Positions 24,880-36,947 of a stretch of 64,000 nucleotides of DNA are shown in pieces. Under the pieces are notes generated by a model that was not told the origin of the DNA, did not search any database, and saw nothing but the letters and a program-made list of their open reading frames with translations. Made by a program: the position numbers and the translations under genes. How positions within the stretch are numbered: position 1 is the first letter of the stretch; every line of letters starts with the position of its first letter. Origin of the DNA: Hyaloraphidium curvatum SAG 235-1 (lineage: Eukaryota; Fungi; Monoblepharomycota); assembly GCA_025558095.1 (NCBI GenBank), contig JAIVFI010000024.1, positions 618,030-682,029 on the forward strand, written 5' to 3'.

Positions 24880-26631
24880 ATGAGCGCCGGTGGAGAGAAG
24901 ATCGAGGAGGTAGGGCTGGAGGAGCTCCGCGCGAGGGCGGAGGGGGGGGAGGCGGCGGCGCAGTTCGAGCTCGGACAGCGTTTCGCCGACGGGGAGGGCG
25001 TGACGAAAGACGATGAGACAGCGGTGGAGTGGTTCCGGAGGGCGGCGAGTCAGGGTCTCGCGAACGCACAGAACCGTCTCGGTTGGTGCTACGAGAACGG
25101 AAAGGGTCTGGCTCAGGACTGCGGCGAAGCTGTGCGGTGGTACAGAGAAGCCGCGAATCAGGGGCTTGCGAAGGCTCAGAACAACCTCGGAATGAGCATC
25201 CAGCTTGGGGATGGTGTCGAAAAGGATCCTGCCGAGGCCGCTCGATGGCATCGCAAGGCGGCAGATCAGGGGCATGCCGAAGCACAGTTCCGTCTCGGAC
25301 TCTGCCACTTCAATGGGGAGGGTGTGGCCCAGGACTACAGTGCGGCTTTCCTTTTGTTTAAGAAGGCTGCGGAACAGGGAAGGCCGAAAGCGATGCACAA
25401 TCTCGCTTCTTGCTTCTGGAACGGCCTTGGTGTTACCAAGGATCTCAATGAGGCCGTGGGGTGGTATATCAAAGCGGCAGATCAAGGAATGGCGGAGGCA
25501 CAGACCTTTGTTGGGCATTGCTACATTCGTGGCGATGGCGTGGCCAAGAACTATACCGAAGCATTGCGTTGGATTAGGATGGCAACTGATCAGGGATTTG
25601 CGGGAGCACAAGTTCAACTTGGCTGGTGCTACTTCGACGGAAATGGTGTTCCAAAAGACAAGAAAGAAGCTGTCAAGTGGTTCAAAAGGGCTGCCGATCA
25701 GGGCGATTCGGTCGCCCAATATCTTCTTGGTATTTCCTACGTGGAGGGTGAAGGGGAGGATCTCTTGGAAGCACTACGCTGGTATCAAAAGGCTGCGGAC
25801 AGTGGATACGATCGTGCTCAGGAAGCAGTGCGCGACATTGAAGCAGACGCTGGCACACCTCGGCATGTTCTTGAACGCCACTGGCAGCGGGTGCGGGCTG
25901 CAGAGGAAGAGCGTGCTCTCGAGCGGCGCCTGGAGCTCGAGAAAGAGGCACACGAGCTCCGGATTGCGAAAGAGGAGGCTTCGCACCGCAGGCGCCTGGA
26001 ACTTGAGAGCGAGGCGCAGGCCCGGGCAGGAGGCCTCGCCAGCGAGAAGTCCCGGCTGGAGCAAGAACTTGCGGAGCTTCGGAAATCCGCAGCCGAAGAT
26101 TCGGCCACCCTCAACGAGAAGATCGGCCGCCTCGAAAGAGAAGTCGCGCAAAAGGAGGGAGCTCTCGAGGAGCTCAAGGCGTCTTCTACGGAGAAGGCCG
26201 GGGCGCTCCGCAGCACGATTCGAGAGCTTTAAGCGGACGCCCAGCGCCGGAAAGATGAGCTCCTCGATCTTGATCGCGATTTTCAGGAGCGGCTCACCCT
26301 CCTCATGTCGGCGGTGACCCCGGTGGCCCAGCTGACCAACAAGGTGGAGCCGGCTATCCCTCCGTGCCTCCCTGGAGCATGGCACTCGGATCCGGCTCCG
26401 CTCCCTTCCCCTTCCCCCGTGGCGGACGCGGCTGCCACCATCAAGCCTATAGAGCTCCTGCGGCAGCGGTTCTCGGAGCTCGTCGAAGCTGTCAAGATGA
26501 GGATGGAGACCGAGGATGCCGCCCATCGCGAGGAGGACAGCAAGCTTTCCACCATCCTGATGGAAAAGGACGAGAAGATCTCCAAGTTGGAGGCGGAGCT
26601 GGAACTGATGCGCGAGCGGCTGGCTAGGTGA
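24880..26631 (+). CDS. Sel1-repeat (about 8) plus coiled-coil protein, interrupted by in-frame TAA at 26230-26232
   Basis: Canonical Sel1 repeats. The coiled coil continues in frame after the stop (IREL*ADAQRRKDELL) into ORF 26305..26631. Confidence 0.85.
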
Positions 26632-27011
26632 GATCTGACGGTGGCGAGCGGCAGAAGACTTGAGCTGATCTTTGAGGCCGCAGATCAGACGCTCTGGTGG
26701 AGACTCTCCGCGAGTCGAAGATGCTGAGGCAGAAGGTGGTCCGCATGGAGAACAACGCGCTCTTCGTTGTCGGATCTGCGGGCGACGTTGTTGCGCAGGT
26801 CCCCCCTTAAGAAACAGCGGACTCAAGGGATGTAGCTACTGGCTGTTAGTCAAATTGAAAGCATTTCACCTGTAGATTCCTCTGCTTGCATGCTGCAGTC
26901 TCGTTTCATGAGCCCGTGGAGGTCAAAGCTCGACGGGCAAGCATGAGAGACAAAGAGTATCGTGTTGTTGGCGCCCGCCCAGCGGGAGGAAGAGTAGTAC
27001 ATAGAGCTGCG

Positions 27012-30000
27012 TCAAGGAGCCCCTCCGACCGTCCGAAACACCGTCCGCGTCCGGTAAACTGTCTGAGCCTCGACAACGGTCACGGTCTTTGTCCGAACCG
27101 GGGCAATAAGTCGGTTCGGGGCGGCGGATGGGCAGACGGTGACGGTCGAAGTGATGGGGTTGCACGTCGGAGATGCCGCCTGGGAGGGAGAACGGCGTCA
27201 GCTCGTGGTGCCGAGCTCGGCTGTCCGATCGCACCTTCGTCGTGCTCCTGCCCGTGCCCGTGCTGGATGACTTGGTCGCCGACTTGCTCGTCGGTCCGGG
27301 CGTTTGGGTTCTGGACGAGGTCGCGGACGCCGTTCTGCTCAAAGATGCTGTTCGGGTGACGGAGCGGGTAGCGCTAGTCGACGGCGTGGAGCTCCTGGTC
27401 GCAGTCCTGCTCGCAGACGACGTGGCCAGGCCCCTCGTCCAGGACGAGGTCGACGGGGCGGCCAGGCCAAAGTAGATGCACCATCGAGACAGGGTGCCGA
27501 CGTCCTGGCTCTCCCAGTCCGTAAGGGCAACCCGCCAGGCCCCGCCAGCCTCGAGCCCGCGGAACGTCGAAAGGGAGCCGGCCGGCCGTGCGGTCGCCGC
27601 CGGGACGCACGTGAACGGGCCCGCGGCGGAGTCGTCAAACAGAGTCGAATATGTCCTCGTGGTGTTGCACCCGTCAAGCCTGCCGAACAGGCTGACATTC
27701 CGGCCGTTCGCCATCCTCGTGAGGGATCCGGACACGTCGCTGGGCCAGGTGTGCGTCCAGAAGAGCTGCACGTCGACGTCGGAGATGGCGCCGATCCCGG
27801 AGGGGACAAAGATGTCGCTCGTCGCGGTGCCGAGATCGGGGAGGGGGACGTTCGGGGTTGCGCAGAAGGTTCCAAGGCGGGTGGTCGTCGCCGAGGTCTG
27901 GCGGAGACATCAGTCATCTGGCTGAGTACAACCATCAGGCAAGCTCACCGAAGACGTCGTGCGCGACGTCGTCTTGGTCAGGCTATTCGTTCGCGTGGCC
28001 GTCGCCGTCAGGCTCGTCGATCGGGTCAAACTCTTCGTCTGGGTAAGGCTCCTGGTCTGCGTCGCAGAGGTGCGGGTCGCCGTACGAGAAGCCGTGGCCG
28101 TGGTCGACGATCTCTGCTGCGAAAAGGAGAAGGACAGGCACCATCGCGACAGCGTGCCGCCATCGTTGGCCTCCGTGTCCCGCAAGGTGAGCCTCCAGGT
28201 GCCCGCCGCCTGCTGTCCCGCAAATGCTGACAACGCCGATGCCGGCCGTGCCGTTGCGGGAGGCGAGCAGGTGAACTGCCCCGAAGCCGAGTCGTCAAAC
28301 ACGGTGCCATAGGTCTGCGGCGTGGTGCAGTCCGGGCTGAAACGGTGGAAGAGGTCGATGGACCGGCCGTCGGATGCCCTCTGAAGCACCGCCGACACGT
28401 CGCCCGGCCAGGTGTGCGTCCAGAAGATCTGAACGTCTACGTCCGCGACGACGCCCGTTCCCTGCTGCGGTACAACGACGTCGCTGCTGACCTCGCCCAG
28501 CTCCGGAATCGCCGAGTTCGGGGAGGCACAGAACGTGCCCGGGGAGGAGACAGCGGGGGGCACCGCAGTGCCGTTCTGGGGAGGACACCTGCCTCCCGAC
28601 GGGCACGAGGTGGCGCGGATGCTGATCCAGTAGTTGGTCGACGCGTCCTCGGGCAGCTGCTTGATGTCCGCGTAGTCCCCCAGGGGCAGCTCGAGCCCGT
28701 TTCTGACAAAGAGCTCCGTCGGCGGCGGCTCGGTCCACGGCGACGTCGATCCCAGCGATCCGAGGCTCCCACGCCGGAAAACGACCCGCACGTACAGCAC
28801 CCGGCCGTCAAAGTGGTACGTGTCCCCCAAGCTGCGCCTGACCTCGTCCACGGAGCCCACGGGGCGGAAGGGCTGCGTGCACCGCGTTCCGTTGGGGTCG
28901 CACCAGCCCACGGAGGCCGAGACGGAAAACTGCGTTCCCGGCGGGTACGGGAAGGCCATGGCGAGGGTGGTGTTGGCTGTCATCACGACACCCGCGATGG
29001 CGAGCGTGCTCGGCGTCCCGCCGTCGAACCTTACGAACCAGCCCCCGGAGTCGGGCATCACCGGCCCCGTTATCTTGGAGTTGACCCCGACCAGCAGCCC
29101 GTCCGACTCGGCGCGCCCGAAATGCGTTGCCGTCGCCGCGACCGGGCACGGCTTGTCGCCGTCCCAGTTGCCGTTCATGCACAGGGAGCTCCCGATCCGG
29201 CTCTGCAGCGGCTGGTCGTAGAAAAGGATCACCGAGGCCGTGGTGTCCCCCGGGCCCATGGGGCACGCGAAAAGCCGCTCCCTCGACAGGCCAACGCCGG
29301 CCGACGCGACGTCCACGCAGCGGGGGTTCATGCGCCACCAGCCCCGCGCCCACGTCGAGCCGATCATCACCGGCCTGCCGCGTAGCGAGGGCAGGTACGG
29401 CCCGTAGACGGAGCCGTCGGCGTCGAACCAGCTGGCCAGGCGGCCCGAGACGGTGTTGCCCATGGGATCCGACAGCGAGGTCGAGAACTGCACGAGCTCC
29501 GGGACGAGAACGTTCTGGTACGTGATGTTGCGGGTCGCCTGCATCTGACGGAGAGCGTAAACAGTCAGAGAAGGGTTCCAAAGACGCCGCGTGAGGGTGC
29601 AGCTTACCACTTCGGGCACGAACTCGTCGCTGTGCGTAAGCATGATCCACATCGAGTTGAACCCGCACGAGTTGTACTCGCTCGTGTAGACGCAGGGCCC
29701 GTCCCAATCGGATCGGCAGTTCCGGAAGACCACGTCGGTGATGATGTGCCGCTGGCCGACGTCGTACCTGTCGCGAGGAATCAGTTTTCCGACAAACTGG
29801 CTGGAGACAGGAGAGGAACCCACCACTGCCAACCGTGGAACCTATGCCAGAATACGTAGTCCCTCGCATGGCACAAACCCCACTGCACTCCCGGATTCGG
29901 CGACCCCACCCGCGGGCATCCGGCGAACCAGGTCGGCTTGTTCCCCGTCCTGCAGGTGTGCAGCACGTCCCGCACGCCGACCTCGCCAAACACGTTGGCG

Positions 30001-31967
30001 GCGAGGTTGATGTCCGCCAGCTCGAACCGCACGATGTCGGACCGGTCGCCCCAGTGCTGCATGCCGCGGTTGGACAGGAACACCTTGGTGTCCTCGAACC
30101 GCAGCCAGAGCTGCTGCTCGGGCCCGCAATATGCGTATCCGGGGATGGTCCCGACGGTCTTGTCGGAGCACGTGGAGCGCGCGTCAGAGCGGCCGGGGGT
30201 GTACGTCAGGAGCGAGGAGCCCCAGGCGCCCTTGTACGACAGCTGCCCGCCGACGTAGATGCCGCCGGCCGAGTTGAACCAGAAGCCCGAGGAGTGCGCC
30301 GAGTTGCCCCTGAAAAGGATGAAGGGCCTCGACCGCGGGCTCATGTCCGACACCAGCGCGAACGCGCGCACGGGGCGGGCCAGGCTCGGGAAGCCGAAGC
30401 CGGCCCAGCCACCCGAGGCGGCGTTGCCGAGCCACGAGTTGTGCAGGTTCGCGGCGTAGAAGACCGACGCCGAGACGTCGCTGGGCAGGATCAGGTTCGA
30501 CGGGTCCTCGTCGACCCAGGCGGAGAACTGCTGGTAGAAGGTGTCGAGGAAGGGGATGACGGCGGGTCCGATGGTGTGCACGTGCGCGCCAAAGTTGTAG
30601 TGCAGCTCATTGTTTTCCTCGACGCCGTCCTCGAGGAAGAAACAGTGGCCCGTGGCGTCGTAGGCCGTGTTTTCGTGCAGCCGGGCAAAGTCGGTGCCGT
30701 GCACGGCGAAGCAGCGGAAGAAGGAGCGGTGCACGGAGCAGTCCGTGGCCACGGCGCCGACGGCACGGCCTTCCTGCGAGCCCATGAGGTGGAAGTGCAG
30801 CGGATAGCGCCCCAGGACGTTGGTCTGTCCCATGCGGAAGAACTCGACGCCCGACACGTTGGCGCTGGATCGCGACCCCGAGACCATGACGTGCCCGCCA
30901 AAGCCGTTGCGGAACTTGTCCTCGCACGGGTAGCTGGAGCCGGAGCTGTCGGTGCATGCGAGCGGGGTCGTGTCGGTGGGCTCGGACGACACCTCGTCGC
31001 CCTGGATGAGGATGTCGCGCGAGAGGAGGGCGACCTCGGCCTGGTACTCCGGCCCGCCATAGTGCGTGAATGCCAGGGGAGCCGTGACGCGCACGGCGCC
31101 GACATTGTCTCCCAAGGAAGTCCGGAAGACGGCGGCGATGGTGAGCACTTCGTTCCGATGGAAGTCGCGGGCGTCCTTCAGGTCCGTGGTGGTGACGACG
31201 ATGCGTTGGCCGGGCCGCCAGTTGGGCACGTCCTGGATGAGGAGGACCGTGTCGCCGGCGCGCGCGGTGGCGGCCAGACGCGTCCACGTGGGCGTATAGA
31301 GCGTGCCGTGCACGGAGATGGAGCCGTTGTCCACATGTATGCCCTTGACGGAGGGGTCGGGAACGGGGAAGAGGGGCTGCGCGTTGCGCGATCCGTGGAG
31401 CGTAATGGAGACCCTGCTCCGCAGCCGGCACCGCGGGCCGCCTGCGCGGAGGGCACCCAGGACGCGGAAGCCGCGGGCGCGGATCGAGATGGCCGCGTCC
31501 CCGAAAATGAGCTCGCTCGACGCCGGCACGGTGATTGTGCCGAACACGGTGTTTGACCCGTTGGCGGCGGTGGCCGCGATGCTGCAGCTGGAGACGAGCA
31601 CGCGGGCATTCTGCGGCAGCACGACGTCGCCCGAGCGCGGCACGGCCCCGCCCCACGTCGTCGGGCTGTGCCAGTCCAGCAGGTTCTGCGCCAGGTGCGG
31701 GCAGCCCGCGGCGTCCCACGGCGGGATCGCGGCGCGGCGCGGCGGGCGCGCCAGGACGGCGACCTCGCTCCAATGATTCTGCGTGATCGGTCGGCCCGTA
31801 GTCCCCGCGCCCGCGGGGACGTCGCCCGCGGGGAGCGCCGCCGCCGGGAACGCCGCGCCGCCCGGCCCCGTGGGGAACGAATCCCGCGTGCACTGCCCGG
31901 ACGCGCCGGTCGCGGCCGCAACGAGCAGGATCGCGGCCGCCGCCGCGGCACGGAGGTGCGCCCGCAT
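27012..31967 (-). CDS. Secreted G8-domain / beta-helix protein (ComF/TMEM2-like) with two proprotein-convertase P-domain-like modules and S/T linkers, multi-exon
   Basis: Signal peptide and G8 region (WGGAVP...ELIFGD...LRAG). TWTRL, MGQTNVLGRYPLHFH and GHCFFLEDGVEENN follow. Two copies of HTWPxD...LSxFxG..AxGxWR..D...D.GTLSRW. Confidence 0.85.
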
Positions 31968-32221
31968 CGCGCGCCGTCCCCGGAGCAAGCACGGTGCAAG
32001 GGCACAGCACAGGCTGACGACCGGTGCCTGACTGTTTTTTTCTGCGGCATCCCTCCGCCGATGCCCAGACCTATCGGACCGAAACCAACGCGGAAGACGC
32101 GTCCTGTCTAATGAAGCTGTCTATTTTTGGGGTAGGTCTTCGACAGAGAGCTTTGCGAGCTGCTATTGTATGTGCTCGTTCACCGGAATGTGAAGGGCAG
32201 GCAGGATGCCCCAAAGGCACC

Positions 32222-33765
32222 TCACCGCGCCACGATCGCCGCGAGAGCCGCCGCCGATGCCGACTGGCACGACGTGGAGCAGATCCCGGAGCCGCCCGTC
32301 TGCGTCGCCGACGGCGCCAGCGTTCCGAACGCCCAGATCTCCACCTGCACGCCCCACACGCCGGTCCAGTCCCACCTCCCCGCCGTGCGCGGGTCCTCCT
32401 CGACCGTAAACCGCGCATAGGGGGTTGGCACGTAGAACTTGGCCGCGTCGGCGTCGGTGAGCGACCCGGGGGTCAGCACGCGCCAGTTGTCCGTGGGCTG
32501 GAGCGAAACGGCGAACGCGTATGGCGTCGCGAGGAACTTCTTCAGGAACCGCTTGCCCGAAGCCTGGTCCGTCATGGTGTTCCAGTACTCGCCCGAGTAC
32601 TGCGAAACCGCGGGGTCGTCGAGGTCCGTGAGGTCGAGCGCTGCTTTGCCGGTCGCGGAGAGGTTTCCGACGAATCCCGGGTCCATGGAGATCCAGCTCG
32701 CGTTGCAGATGCACTGCGAGGTCTGGTAGACCGTGTCCAGGCCCTGCAGCGCGCCGTTGACTGCGTTGGCAAAGTCGCTCGCGGGCGACGAAGGGTCCGG
32801 CATCCCCGACGCAGCGGGGCACGGCAGCGAGTGCGCGTACTCGAACGCGGAGCAGCTCTGGAAGAGCAGGTCGCTCTGGAAGAGCAGGTCGCTCTGGAAG
32901 AGCAGGTCGCTCTGGAAGAGCAGGTCGCTCTGGAAGAGCAGGTCCAGCGCGCGCATCTTGCGGTCCATGAGGTTCATCGACAGGTCGAACACGGCCCGCC
33001 CCGTGGTCGCGAGCGAGCCGTCCATCTTGTGCACAATCTCCCCGACCAGCGCCTGGATGCTGGCCAGCTGCGCCTGCGCGGACTGCAGCTTGACGCCCGA
33101 CTGCACGAGCTTGGTCTGCGCGCTCAGGAGCTGCACCTGCAGGTTCGTCATGTCCAGGCCGGCGTTGCCGACGGCAGCGAGTGCGGCGGCATAGTCGGCG
33201 GCGCCGTCGATGCCCTGGTTGATGGCCGGACCGAGGAAGATGATGGCCTGGTCGTGGAGGTCCTGGTAGTTGAGGGCCTGGATCGAAAGCGACGCGAGGC
33301 TCGAGGTGTTGGTGATGCCGGCGATGGTGGCGGCGCTGACGTCGATGCCCGGGGCGCTGGGCAGGTTCATGATCTGGTTGACCAGCGGGATGATTTGCTG
33401 CGAAGGAAAAGGCGATCAGGCAAAGTAGCGCACGGCATGCAGCTTCCACCAACCCCGACGAGGTTGGCAGCATTCTGGATCATCTGCGAGATGGTGGTGA
33501 GCAGCTGCGCGCACTCCTTGACGTCGGCGATGACGCTGTCGATCTTCTGGATGTCGCCCCCCGAGCGAGGCAAAGATGCTACCGGCCCCTGCGCCCTCGG
33601 TCGCGACCGCAGACGCGACGTCGACGAGGAAGGAGATGACGATCTCGGCGATCTGGCTCGCGATGGCTTTCTGCACGCCCGCCTGGAACTTCGTCTGCGC
33701 CGTCCCCATGGCTGCGTACTTGTCCTGGTACGTGGCGAGCGGATACTGCGAGAGGTCATCGCGCC
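32222..33765 (-). pseudogene. Toxin-like protein fragment (long helical region plus Tc-toxin-C-terminus-like beta domain), frameshifted
   Basis: A hydrophobic hairpin (EIVISFLVDVASAVATEGAGAGSIF) is followed by a coiled coil, AFEY, and PTPYARFTV...DWTGV. A +1 frameshift sits in the C6 run at 33557-33562. The 5' end is unclear. Confidence 0.5.
32855..32944. repeat. 18-nt tandem repeat, about 5 copies, encoding (DLLFQS)n
   Basis: gctctggaagagcaggtc is repeated perfectly. Confidence 0.95.
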
Positions 33766-34411
33766 TAGCAGATTGAAGGAACAGACTCTTTTGCGCGGCC
33801 GCATGCGAGGCAGAGGGCGCACAATCAGGGGTTGTGCGGGAGGGTTACGCTCGGTGGGCCGGATTACGGACCCCGACAGCGATTTTTGGGCGGGCCGGAC
33901 GGGAACTTGGGGCGGCAGCAAGCAGGCAACGATCGGTATGGCCGGTTCTTTTGACTGTACTCGATTGACCCTGATCAGCCGATTGACGCAAGGGCAGCCA
34001 AGGCACCCATGACCAATGACGCAACCGCCGGTTGCAGGCGCCGCCGCCTCCCCCCCCTCCCCCCCGATCCCGAGATGTGTGGCTGTCCTTCAGTTGCCGC
34101 CGCGGTTGCGAAAGTTCCGACGCCTTTGTACACAGCCTCCGGGCGACGCTGTCTTTTGCCAAGGAGAGGGTAGTGACGCTGGTTTCGGGTGCCGCGACAA
34201 GGCAAACCAAAGCTAAACCGGTGCGCCCAAGCAAAAGGCTGTTGCAACTGATGCGGGCGGCATCGGTGAGTAAATGCTGCAGTGATTGTCGAGAAAGTGG
34301 AATGGGCTGTGCGGTACGGACGGAAACGGACGAACTTCGTAGGGTCTTCCTCGGCCCACCAACCGCATCCCGACACCCCGCCCGCCCCCCACCACCCAAC
34401 ATCGCGTCGCC

Positions 34412-36878
34412 ATGCCGGCCGGCTCGTACAGTCGGGCGGCCGCCGGGCCGCCCTCGCCACTCTCCGAGCTGCCCCCCGCGCGCCGCGACGCATATGCGCC
34501 GTTGGACTTTGACTTCGGCGGCGCCGCGGAGGCGCCTGAAGCGGCCACCGCGCTCTTCCCGGCCGCCTTCCCCGACGACGGCGAGCTCGGCGTGACGTTC
34601 GAAATGACCGCGCCGTCGCCCGACGGCCTCGCGTACCCCGACTTCGACCTGTACGGCCTGGGCCCGCCCGCCCTGGTGGCGCCGGGCCTGGCCGCGTCGG
34701 CCGCCCCGGACGGCCCGTTCCTCGCCTTCGACGGCCGCACGCTCGGCGTGGCGGGGCCCTTCGTCCGCACGCCGTCGTCGTCCACGATGGGGAGCGACCG
34801 CCCGGTGCGCAAGCGGGTCGCCAACGCCTGCGACCAGTGCTTCCAGCGCAAGGCGGCCTGCGACGGGCAGGCCCCCTGCGCCAGGTGCATCAAGCTCGAG
34901 CTCGACTGCGCGAGGACCCGGATCCGCAAGAAGCCCGGGCCGGCCGTGGGCTCGGTCTCGGCGAGGAAGCGCAAGACCAAGGCCAGCCCCGAGAGCGGCT
35001 CAGGCACGGAGTTTGAGCGTAGCCCCAGTTTCGTGCTCGACTCCCAGTTTTCTCTGGGCAGGCAGCCGTCCGATGTCTCCATCGGGCTGTCGCCCTACGG
35101 CATGAGCTCGGCGCTCATGTTGCCCTCGGACGAGGCGGCGGGGGACATGATCAAGTCCTTCTTCCGGAAAACGTACTACATGTCCTTCCCCTGTGAGTTG
35201 CTATCCCATTCGGCTGCTCATGCCGGCGTCCAAGAGCGTCATCTCAATCGGTTCCCTCCCCCTTTCGCACCAGTCCTCCACAAACCGACCTTCCTCAGTA
35301 CCTTTCGGCAGCAGCCTCCCTACCTCCAGTTTGCCATCTTTGCCAACGCCGCCCGGTTCGCCTCCCAGCGCGACATCTCGGACCGGCCCCGCACCGCCGC
35401 CCTGCACTTCTACGAGCACGCCAAGGCCACCCTCGAGCCCACCATGCTCCGGCTCCCCTCCCTCCTCCCCCAGGAGACCGTGGCGGTCGTCCAGACGCTC
35501 CTCCTGCTCATGAATTACTGCGGCTGGGTCGGATCCAAGACGCTGGGGCAGCGGTTCATCAACCTGGCGGTCATGGTGGCGCGGCAGTCGGGCATGAACC
35601 GCGAGGTCCGGGACCTCCTAAAAGACGCGCGGAGGCAGGCCAGCAAGCGGCAGGCCGGCCAGGCGCCCTTTGCTCCCGGGGGATCGGAGGGGTTCGGGGA
35701 CCTCCGCTTGGCGGTGGACGGGGCGGGGACGGACGAAGCCGAAGAGCTCGAAAGGCTGCACGAGCCGCGGGATCAGGTGGCCGCGCTGTCCTCCATGACG
35801 CCTCTGGACGAAGAGATCAGGAGGAGGACGTGGTTCGTCACCTTTTACTGCGCTTGGTGGGTTCGAAGGCCGGCTTCATAGAAACAACATCCTTACGGCA
35901 TTCACCGGCAGTGCGTGGTCGCTCTCGACCAAGGACCCTCCCCTTGTCGCCGTCTCCGAATCCCAGGTCAACTTGCCCCTCACCGAACGCGATTTCAACC
36001 TTTTGAATCAGCAATCGGTCGCCATCGCCGCCCGCAGTGGCGACGGGTTGGCCTTGGACTCGCCCGGACCCGAGGAGCAGAGTTGCCTGACGCTCCCTTC
36101 CCGGATCAGCATGGGCTGGCCCGATTTCGAGCCCGGTGCCCGCGTGCTCGTTCTCCAATCCACCGTTGCGACCACCGAGGCCCTCGCCGCTCAGGGCAAC
36201 TTTGGTCTCATGGCGCACGCGTTCGGGATCGCGGCGCGGGTGCTGGCGGTCAAGCAGAAGCTGCAGCAGCACGAGACGGCGGGGCCCTTCTGCCCGTACT
36301 TCCCGCCCAGCTTGGCGGCGGAGTGGCTCGCCGCCGAGCGGGCCGCGGACGAGTTCTGGGCGGCGCTGCCGCCCGAGCTGGTCTCGGGTGCCGCGTGGGA
36401 TTCGCTGGCGTCGGACGACACCGAGTACTCGGAGGTCGTCCCGGGCGTCCTCCTCGTCTTCCTCATGTCGCGGATGTCCCTCAACTCCCCCGATCGGCTC
36501 CCGATGAACGGTGCGCCCATGGAACCGCGGGACGAGGAGACGCGGCGGCGCTGGGTCGCCTCGGCGCAGTTCCTGCGGTGCGTCGAGGACGCGCGGACCA
36601 TGGCCCAGATCCTCAAAAAGCTCTACATCCGCAACCCCGAGGCGATCGACTACATGAAGGGTCTCGTCCTGATCGGCGTCTACGGCTCCGGACTGACCCT
36701 GCTGGAGCTCGTCCGGAACCTCAGTCAGGGCGAGGTACCGGGCGTGGAGGAGCTGGTTGCGGGGGCTCGGGAGGATGTCGGGTACCACGTGCGGTCGCTG
36801 CGGGGGGTGCAGCACACGATTCCGCTTGCCGGGAAGCTGGCCGATCACCTGGACGGCGAGCTTGCAGCGTGCGGATGA
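34412..36878 (+). CDS. Zn2Cys6 transcription factor with fungal middle homology region, multi-exon
   Basis: ACDQCFQRKAACDGQAPCARCIKLELDC, LHKPTF and EEIRRRTWF. Confidence 0.93.
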
Positions 36879-36947
36879 ATGGGTTTCGTTTACTTTGTCA
36901 TCATTCCAGCACGAAACACGATTGCAATTCTGCCAAACTGCGGCCAC

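Noticed and set aside
32855-32944. Possible CRISPR array (also the CATGGG and Cys-repeat arrays)
   Set aside because: No unique spacers, no cas genes, and a eukaryotic context.
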